From a bacterium (GTDB lineage: Bacteria; 4484-113; JAFGCY01), in contig JADZFO010000027.1 in assembly GCA_020849855.1 (NCBI GenBank), forward strand, positions 2,585-66,584: a DNA stretch of 64,000 nucleotides, read 5' to 3'. Of the stretch, positions 57,672 to 64,000 are shown in pieces (within the stretch, counting starts at the first letter, position 1; each line of letters begins with the position of its first letter). Both the position numbers and the translations under genes were made by a program. The notes beneath the pieces are model-generated. The model made no database searches. It was given only the letters and a program-made list of their open reading frames with translations, and had not been told where the DNA came from.

Positions 57672-59518
57672 TGAGAAGTCCCAGTTGCATCGAATGGCTC
57701 TTTGGCCCCCTGGCCTTCATCCTATGCATTGGCCTGCTGATCCTCTGTGTCAGCCCTGCGCATGCCGCCAGCGGGCAGGTCGCAAACCCTGCAGCCAGGC
57801 TCGAAACACTGCCGGCGAATGCCGCTGAGCAGCAGCCCTATCCCCAGATGGGCGCGCCTGCCAACCCCAGGGTCGACGCACGCTTTAACGCCTATCACGA
57901 CTATCAGCAGGCGACGCAGCTCATGCAGGAGCTGGTGCGCGCCTTCCCCGAGTACGCCAGCCTGCAGTCGCTGGGTCAGAGCTATGGCGGGCGGGAAATG
58001 TGGGTGCTGACCATCAGTGACCCGGCCACCGGCCCGGCCGAAAGCAAGCCGGCGATGTGGATCGACGGCTGCATCCATGCCAACGAGATACAGGCCACTG
58101 AGGTGGTCCTTTACACCGCCTGGTTCCTGCTGGAAACCCGCGCCAGCAACAGCTTCATCCAGCAGCTGCTGCGCGAGCGGACTTTCTATCTGATGCCGAT
58201 CATGAGCCCGGACAGCCGCGACAGCCACTTCTATGACGCCAACACGACCCATTCGCCTCGCACCGGCATGCGGCCGGTCGATGAAGACCGCGATGGACTG
58301 GTGGATGAAGACGGCCCGGAGGATATGGACGGCGACGGCCACATCGCCCAGATCCGGGTCGCCGACCCCAATGGCCGCTGGCTGGCGGACAAGGACTACC
58401 CCCAGCGCATGACGCGGGCCAAGCCGGAGGAGCGCGGCACGCACACGCTGCTGGGCGAGGAAGGCTATGACAACGACGGCGACGGCCTGGTTAATGAAGA
58501 CGGGCCCGGCGGCTATGACCCCAACCGCAACTGGGGCTACAACTGGCAGCCCGAGTACATCCAGGGCGGCGCGCACCAGTACCCCTTCAGCATCCTGGAG
58601 AACCGCATGGTCGCGGACTTCATGGCGGCGCACCCCAACATCGCCGGCGCGCAGAGCTACCACAACAGCGGCGGCATGATCCTGCACGGGCCCGGCGCGC
58701 AGAACACGCCTTACCCCGGCCAGGATGATCAGCTCTACCGCGCCATCGCCGAGAAGGGCGCCCAGATGCTGCCCGGCTACAAGCCGATGGTGATCTGGGA
58801 AGACCTTTACACGGTCTATGGCGGCGAGGTTGACTTCATCTATGCCTGCCTCGGCGCCTTCACATACACCAACGAGCTATTCACCACTCACGACTTTTTC
58901 CATAGCGACACCAGCCAGGAAGACTGGCAGGGCAGCCGCAGCGAGCCGCGCAAGTTCGACGACCTGCTGCTCTTCGACCAGGGCTTCGTCGACTGGCACC
59001 CGGCCGAGCACCCCACCTATGGTGCGATTGAAATTGGCGGCCAGAAGAAGGGCTGGGGCCGCCAGCCCCCCAGCTTCATGCTGGAGGAAGAATGCCACCG
59101 CAACATGGCCTTCAGCCTCTACCACGCCGACATGCTGCCACTGGTCGAGGTGCAGAGTGTGTCCAGCCGCGAGCTGCCGGGCGGGCTGCTTGAAGTGACC
59201 GCGGTTGTGGGCAACCGCCGCATGATCCCTACGCGTCTGGCCATAGATGTCAGCAAGGGCATCAGCCGGCCGGACTGGATCAGCATCGATATTGCGCCGA
59301 ACCGCGAGCGCAATGCGGCGGTGCTGGCGGGCTACATCGGCAGCGACCAGTTCTTCAGCACCGCCAGCGAACAGGCGGACAAGCCCTGGCGCCTGAATAT
59401 CAGCAGCATCCCGGGCAACGGCGCGGTGTACTGCCGCTGGATCGTGCGCAGTGGCAAAGGGCCGATCACGGTGACAGTGGACAGTGTGAAGGGCGGGAGG
59501 GCGAGTGCCAGCTTGTAA
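57668..59518 (+). CDS. M14-family zinc carboxypeptidase-like secreted protein.
   Basis: Signal peptide. Zinc-binding motif IDGCIHANEIQ (HxxE). Repeated DEDGPEDMDGDG / DNDGDGLVNEDGPGGYDPNRNW Asp-rich motifs. Its start overlaps the stop of the upstream paralog. Confidence 0.6.
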   Translation: MMRSPSCIEWLFGPLAFILCIGLLILCVSPAHAASGQVANPAARLETLPANAAEQQPYPQMGAPANPRVDARFNAYHDYQQATQLMQELVRAFPEYASLQSLGQSYGGREMWVLTISDPATGPAESKPAMWIDGCIHANEIQATEVVLYTAWFLLETRASNSFIQQLLRERTFYLMPIMSPDSRDSHFYDANTTHSPRTGMRPVDEDRDGLVDEDGPEDMDGDGHIAQIRVADPNGRWLADKDYPQRMTRAKPEERGTHTLLGEEGYDNDGDGLVNEDGPGGYDPNRNWGYNWQPEYIQGGAHQYPFSILENRMVADFMAAHPNIAGAQSYHNSGGMILHGPGAQNTPYPGQDDQLYRAIAEKGAQMLPGYKPMVIWEDLYTVYGGEVDFIYACLGAFTYTNELFTTHDFFHSDTSQEDWQGSRSEPRKFDDLLLFDQGFVDWHPAEHPTYGAIEIGGQKKGWGRQPPSFMLEEECHRNMAFSLYHADMLPLVEVQSVSSRELPGGLLEVTAVVGNRRMIPTRLAIDVSKGISRPDWISIDIAPNRERNAAVLAGYIGSDQFFSTASEQADKPWRLNISSIPGNGAVYCRWIVRSGKGPITVTVDSVKGGRASASL

Positions 59519-59600
59519 CTGACAGCAACCCAAAGGTGGCATATGTGTTAGATCCTGGTCTGACGAGTGCAGAAATGCGTGTTACCATCAGGCCGTGGTG

Positions 59601-60146
59601 AGCATGCGTTATGCACTGGCGATTGCTGTGTGTATCTGTCTGGCAGTTCTGTCGTGCGGCAGAAGTGGTTCGGATCCGGAAGAAACGACCTTTCCACTTC
59701 AAAGGCCGGTGACCCTGGCGGGTTTGAACGTGCTTCACCCTCTGACCGAAGCTGACCGCTTTAGCTTTCCAGCGTTTATCAACAGGGTCAATCAGGGCGA
59801 ACGCTTGCAAGACGGGTTGTCGGCATTTTCCGAGGAGCAGAAGCGCTTTATGCTGCTGGAGATGCTGGCCTATTCCGCGGAAACGCCACAGACACTGGTG
59901 ATCGAGGCGCCGCAGGTTGCGGTTAATGAAAGGGGAAGTTTCAAGCAGGATCTGGTCAGGCATGGCGGCCTGGAGATCCTGGAAGAACACGCAGGACATT
60001 CCTACTACGCCCTGGTTCTTGGCAGGTCCAATGGCAATAAGCCGGACGCCGGTGAGCTGGCACAGTCCGGCATAGCGATACTGGACCGGCTTGGCGAGAA
60101 GATCAGGCTTATTACCAACGGTATTGATGTCATCAACCCGCTGTAA
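59601..60146 (+). CDS. Small lipoprotein of unknown function, from a locally low-GC gene.
   Basis: ATG at 59601 gives MRYALAIAVCICLAVLSCGRSG (lipobox). GC is roughly 53% against about 68% in the flanks. Confidence 0.4.
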   Translation, partial: SMRYALAIAVCICLAVLSCGRSGSDPEETTFPLQRPVTLAGLNVLHPLTEADRFSFPAFINRVNQGERLQDGLSAFSEEQKRFMLLEMLAYSAETPQTLVIEAPQVAVNERGSFKQDLVRHGGLEILEEHAGHSYYALVLGRSNGNKPDAGELAQSGIAILDRLGEKIRLITNGIDVINPL

Positions 60147-60155
60147 ACTAGTCGC

Positions 60156-61805
60156 ATGTCCAACTCCCTCCCGTCCATCCCCCTGCCGGTGAATGAGCCT
60201 GTGCGCGCCTATGCCCCGGGCTCCAGCGAGCGCGCCAGCCTGAAGGCCCGCCTGGAGAGCATGTACAGCTCTCCGCCGGTCGAGATCCCCTGCGTCATCG
60301 GCGGCAAGCGCGTCTTCACCGGCGACACCGAGGACGTGGTCTGCCCGCATGACCACCGGCATGTATTGGCCCGCATCCACAAGGCCGGCAAGAAGGAAGT
60401 CGCGGCGGCGATTGCCGCGGCGGCCAGGGCCTTCCATGACTGGAGCAACATGCCCTGGGACCAGCGTGCCGCCATCCTGCTGCGCGCGGCGGACATTCTG
60501 GCACTCAACGGCCAGGCCGGCTGGCGTGACGTGATCAACGGCGCCACCATGCTGGGCCAGAGCAAGAGCGTCTTCCAGGCCGAGATCGACTCCGCCTGCG
60601 AGATGATCGACTTCTGGCGCTTCAACGCCTATTACTGCAACGAGATCTATAGCCAGCAGCCCCCGGCGCTCAGCCCCGGCATCTGGAACCAGCTGGAGCA
60701 GCGTCCGCTGGAGGGCTTTGTGCTGGCGGTCAGCCCCTTTAACTTCACGGCCATCGGTGGCAACCTGCCGACCAGCCCGGCCTTGATGGGCAATGTGGTG
60801 ATCTGGAAGCCGGCCGAGAACCAGAGCTACAGCGCCTGGTTCACCTTCCAGCTGCTGGAAGAGGCCGGCCTGCCGCCCGGCGTGATCAACTTCCTGCCCG
60901 GCGACGGCTCGGTCGTCGGTCCGCTGGCAATGGCAAGCCCGGAGCTGGCCGGCATCCATTTCACCGGCTCCACGGCGGTCTTCCAGCGCATGTGGGAGAC
61001 GGTTGGCACGAATATCAGCAAGTACCGCTCCTATCCGCGCATCGTCGGCGAAACCGGCGGCAAGGACTTCGTGCTGGCCCATAGCAGCGCGGAAGCCGAT
61101 GTTACCGCGACCGCCCTGGTCCGCGGCGCCTTCGAGTACCAGGGCCAGAAGTGCTCCGCGGCCAGCCGCGCCTATATCCCAAAGAGCCTGTGGCCCAAGG
61201 TCAAGAAGAGCATGCTGAGCATGCTGGAAAGCATCAAGGTCGGCGACACCCGCGACTTCTCCTGCTTCATGAATGCAGTTATCAACCAGCGGGCCTATGA
61301 CAAGATCACCGGCTATATCAAAAGCGCCAAAAAGGCCAGCGGTGTTGAAGTGCTGCACGGCGGCAGCTTCAGCGACAAGGTTGGCTACTTCATCGACCCG
61401 ACGGTGCTACTTGTCGACAACCCGAAGTACAAGACCATGTGCGAGGAGATCTTCGGCCCGGTACTGAGCGTGCATGTTTATGAGGACCGCCAGTGGGAGA
61501 GCACTCTGGGTCTGGTCAATGGCACCTCGCCCTATGCCCTGACCGGCGCGGTGATCGCCAACGACCGCCAGGCCATCGTGCAGGCCAGCCGTTCCCTGAC
61601 CCATGCCGCGGGCAACTTCTACATCAACGATAAGCCCACCGGCGCGGTGGTCGGCCAGCAGCCCTTTGGCGGCGGCCGCGCCTCCGGCACCAACGACAAG
61701 GCCGGCGCGCCGATCAACCTGCTGCGCTGGATCAGCCCGCGGACGATCAAGGAGAACTTCATCCCGCCGCGGGACTACCGGTATCCCGTCCTGGCAGAGG
61801 AGTAA
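60156..61805 (+). CDS. pruA: L-glutamate gamma-semialdehyde (1-pyrroline-5-carboxylate) dehydrogenase, ALDH superfamily.
   Basis: 549 aa. ALDH catalytic motifs (FNFTAIGGNL, VGETGGKDF, catalytic Cys in GQKCSAASR). The length matches the ALDH4-type P5C dehydrogenase. Confidence 0.8.
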   Translation: MSNSLPSIPLPVNEPVRAYAPGSSERASLKARLESMYSSPPVEIPCVIGGKRVFTGDTEDVVCPHDHRHVLARIHKAGKKEVAAAIAAAARAFHDWSNMPWDQRAAILLRAADILALNGQAGWRDVINGATMLGQSKSVFQAEIDSACEMIDFWRFNAYYCNEIYSQQPPALSPGIWNQLEQRPLEGFVLAVSPFNFTAIGGNLPTSPALMGNVVIWKPAENQSYSAWFTFQLLEEAGLPPGVINFLPGDGSVVGPLAMASPELAGIHFTGSTAVFQRMWETVGTNISKYRSYPRIVGETGGKDFVLAHSSAEADVTATALVRGAFEYQGQKCSAASRAYIPKSLWPKVKKSMLSMLESIKVGDTRDFSCFMNAVINQRAYDKITGYIKSAKKASGVEVLHGGSFSDKVGYFIDPTVLLVDNPKYKTMCEEIFGPVLSVHVYEDRQWESTLGLVNGTSPYALTGAVIANDRQAIVQASRSLTHAAGNFYINDKPTGAVVGQQPFGGGRASGTNDKAGAPINLLRWISPRTIKENFIPPRDYRYPVLAEE

Positions 61806-61829
61806 TGGCAGGCAGGCCGCGGGGCAGGG

Positions 61830-62675
61830 TCAGTTCCTTAGCCGGGGCACCGAGACCCGCAGCGGCGCCAGCAGGCGGCGCAGGTAGCGGTCGTCCCGTG
61901 GCAGCTCCGGCAGCAGAGCCGGGTCTGTTGCAGGTTCGTCAAAGTAGTTGTCTATCAGCGCCGCAAGGCGCGCTGAGCTGATCAGGTGCTGCGGGCTGGC
62001 CGCGGCATAGATGATCGAGCTGTGGATCAGGAACACGCCCCCGGTCAGCAGGCTCAGGGCCAGGATCAGGCCGGTGGCCCAGCTCCAGCGATACAGCACA
62101 TCCAGCGAGACCTGGCGGCTGGGGTTGCGGTAGCGTCCCATGGCCCGCATCCAGCGCTGGTGCCGCGAGTACAGCAGGATGGACTCGAAGCAGTGCGCGC
62201 TGCTGTAAAGGTGCTGCTCGATTGTCAGCAGCTTGCCGCGCAGCGGCATCCCCAGGAAGCGCTCGCGCCAGCTTGCGTCCATCTCTCTTTGGATGTCCTC
62301 GCCGCTCATCAGCAGCGCATAGTCAGAGCTGTGGATCCCTTTGAGCATCTGGCAGTAGTAGTAGGGATACAGCCGGTGTAAACCAAAAGCCAGGCTGATG
62401 CTGGAAAGAAGGGGGAACAGAGCCAGCAGGGTTTGTACGGTGAGGACGGTGTATACCACCGTGCTGGTGGGAGCCGTTGTCTGCGAACGGTAGCTGACCT
62501 GAAAGAAGATGAAGCCGATGCCGTAGAGCACCAGCAGGCTGAGCAGCGCGCAGATGACCGCCCCGATGCGGCCAAACAGCACCGCCCGCGGCACCTGGCG
62601 CCGGATGCGCTCGCGGATTGCCCACAGCCGCTCGGGCAGCGGCAGATAGGCGCTCTTGCGGTCCAGCACACTCAA
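61830..62675 (-). CDS. Hypothetical integral membrane protein.
   Basis: Several hydrophobic helices (VLFGRIGAVICALLSLLVLYGIGFIFF and others). No recognisable catalytic motif. Confidence 0.35.
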   Translation of the reverse strand: MSVLDRKSAYLPLPERLWAIRERIRRQVPRAVLFGRIGAVICALLSLLVLYGIGFIFFQVSYRSQTTAPTSTVVYTVLTVQTLLALFPLLSSISLAFGLHRLYPYYYCQMLKGIHSSDYALLMSGEDIQREMDASWRERFLGMPLRGKLLTIEQHLYSSAHCFESILLYSRHQRWMRAMGRYRNPSRQVSLDVLYRWSWATGLILALSLLTGGVFLIHSSIIYAAASPQHLISSARLAALIDNYFDEPATDPALLPELPRDDRYLRRLLAPLRVSVPRLRN

Positions 62676-62725
62676 GCTGCAGATTCTAAAGGAAAACCTG
62701 GCCGGCCAGAACGACTGGCCCGGCT

Positions 62726-63994
62726 ATGGGGTATGTTAGGTCCTTGGGCGAAGAGACAAAAACCTTATGGAGTCCGCCGCGACTGCGGACGGATGACCCT
62801 GACGGCCATCGCAATTCCACCTGGACAGAGCTCTTCTTTGATCTGATCTTCGTGGTCTGCATCGCCGAGCTGACCCACAGCCTGCTGGCACATCTGGACT
62901 GGATGGGCCTGCTGGGCTACTTTGGCCTCTTTATCCCGGTCTGGTGGTCCTGGGCCGGCGGAACCTTCTACAGTGACCGCTTCGACGCTGACGACGTCAG
63001 CCACCGCCTGCTGACAGCGCTGCAGATGCTCTTCGTCGCCGCAATGGCGACCACCATCCATGGCGCCTGGGGCGAACAGGCAGCGGCCTTTGCGGTCTGC
63101 TACGCCCTGGTGCGTGGAATTGTCATCTTCAACTATCTGCGGGTCGGCTGGCACCACCCCCGCGCACGCGACTTCGCCTGGCGCTACGCCGCCGGCTTCA
63201 GCCTCGCCATGCTGATGTGGCTGGCCTCGATCTGGATCCCTGCGCCGCTGCGCTACTGGTGGCTGGGTCTGGCTATGCTGCTCGACCTGCTGACGCCTTT
63301 CTATGCCCGCCGCTTCAACCACCTGTTCCCCCTGCACCGCAGCCACCTGCCGGAGCGCTTTGGCCTCTTCACCATAATTGTCCTGGGCGAAAGTGTGCTG
63401 AGCATTGTCACGGCCTTTGCCCAGAACCATCCCAGCCTGCTCAGCGCCATGGTGGGCGCGATGGGTTTCGCGGTGATCTTCGCCTTCTGGTGGGTCTATT
63501 TCAACTCGCTGGAGGGCAGCGGCCTGAACCAGCGCTTTGGCAACCGCATCGTTTGGATCTACTCGCATCTGCCCATGCTGGCTGCCCTGGCTGCTGTTTC
63601 GGTCGGCGTGCGCAGCGCAGTGCTCAGCGCTTCTTCCACCCTGGCTGACCCCCAGCGCTGGCTGCTCTGCGGCTCTGTCGGCCTGGCCTACCTGCTGCTG
63701 GGCCTGCAGCACCTCAACGCCATGGGCGAGCGCTGCCCGGACTGCCTGCGCCGGCGGGCCTATGTGCGCATCGGCAGCGCGGCCGTGCTGGCGGCACTGG
63801 CCCTCTTTGGCTCAGCCACAGCGGTGCCGGTGCTTTGCTTCATGGTCCTGCTTGTCGCAGCCTTCAATGTGGTCTTCGACCTCAACGCCCACGCGCTCTG
63901 GCAGCGCGAACTGGCCCTGTATCGCCAGAATAACCCCGGCCCGGACGGTCAGCCCCTGCCGGATGACAGCGGGCTCGACCTTGATACGGTTTGA
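62726..63994 (+). CDS. Low-temperature-requirement A (LtrA)-family membrane protein.
   Basis: The N-terminal WTELFFDLIFVVCIAEL motif and the ~10-TM layout are characteristic of the LtrA family. Confidence 0.55.
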   Translation: MGYVRSLGEETKTLWSPPRLRTDDPDGHRNSTWTELFFDLIFVVCIAELTHSLLAHLDWMGLLGYFGLFIPVWWSWAGGTFYSDRFDADDVSHRLLTALQMLFVAAMATTIHGAWGEQAAAFAVCYALVRGIVIFNYLRVGWHHPRARDFAWRYAAGFSLAMLMWLASIWIPAPLRYWWLGLAMLLDLLTPFYARRFNHLFPLHRSHLPERFGLFTIIVLGESVLSIVTAFAQNHPSLLSAMVGAMGFAVIFAFWWVYFNSLEGSGLNQRFGNRIVWIYSHLPMLAALAAVSVGVRSAVLSASSTLADPQRWLLCGSVGLAYLLLGLQHLNAMGERCPDCLRRRAYVRIGSAAVLAALALFGSATAVPVLCFMVLLVAAFNVVFDLNAHALWQRELALYRQNNPGPDGQPLPDDSGLDLDTV

Positions 63995-64000
63995 TACTAA

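Noticed and set aside
1-64000. CRISPR arrays, integrases, transposases and IS inverted repeats.
   Set aside because: I found no regularly spaced short direct repeats and no recombinase- or transposase-like ORFs in any frame.

Overview
The window is a high-GC (roughly 65-70%) bacterial chromosomal segment. It is densely coding, with about 55 genes and 3 tRNAs. Many long antisense ORFs in the six-frame track are shadow ORFs, as expected at this GC content, so the CDS calls below rest on recognisable protein motifs and gene context. The ORF track also translates GTG/TTG starts as M, so several true starts are non-ATG.

Housekeeping genes I can support are: an M3 oligoendopeptidase with an HEFGH motif, deoB, ruvB, def, a standalone 5'-3' exonuclease, glyA, mfd, citrate synthase, a split biotin carboxylase / BCCP pair, a beta-carbonic anhydrase, ribE-ribBA, a P1B-4 heavy-metal ATPase, an ArsM-like methyltransferase and a P5C dehydrogenase.

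The most unusual feature is a contiguous 8.2-kb array (14.9-23.1 kb) of six intact, divergent paralogs of a PaaK/CapK/F390-synthetase-type adenylate-forming enzyme. Two sit on the + strand and converge on four on the - strand. All six share an N-terminal M-D-W-R-W-L-A-W-Q motif and a conserved Cys/His cluster. No carrier-protein, transferase or sugar genes lie alongside.

Other points of interest are: a low-GC two-gene islet (HTH regulator plus an unknown 314-aa protein) bracketed by tRNA-Leu and tRNA-Lys; two tandem MCP genes, one with a CxxCH heme-c periplasmic sensor; an M14 peptidase pair in which one copy lacks the HxxE zinc motif; a dual-GT2 glycosyltransferase next to a repeat-rich secreted protein; and a low-GC intergenic region carrying a strong SD, a Trp-Trp mini-ORF and hairpins. 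No CRISPR array, integrase or transposase was seen.
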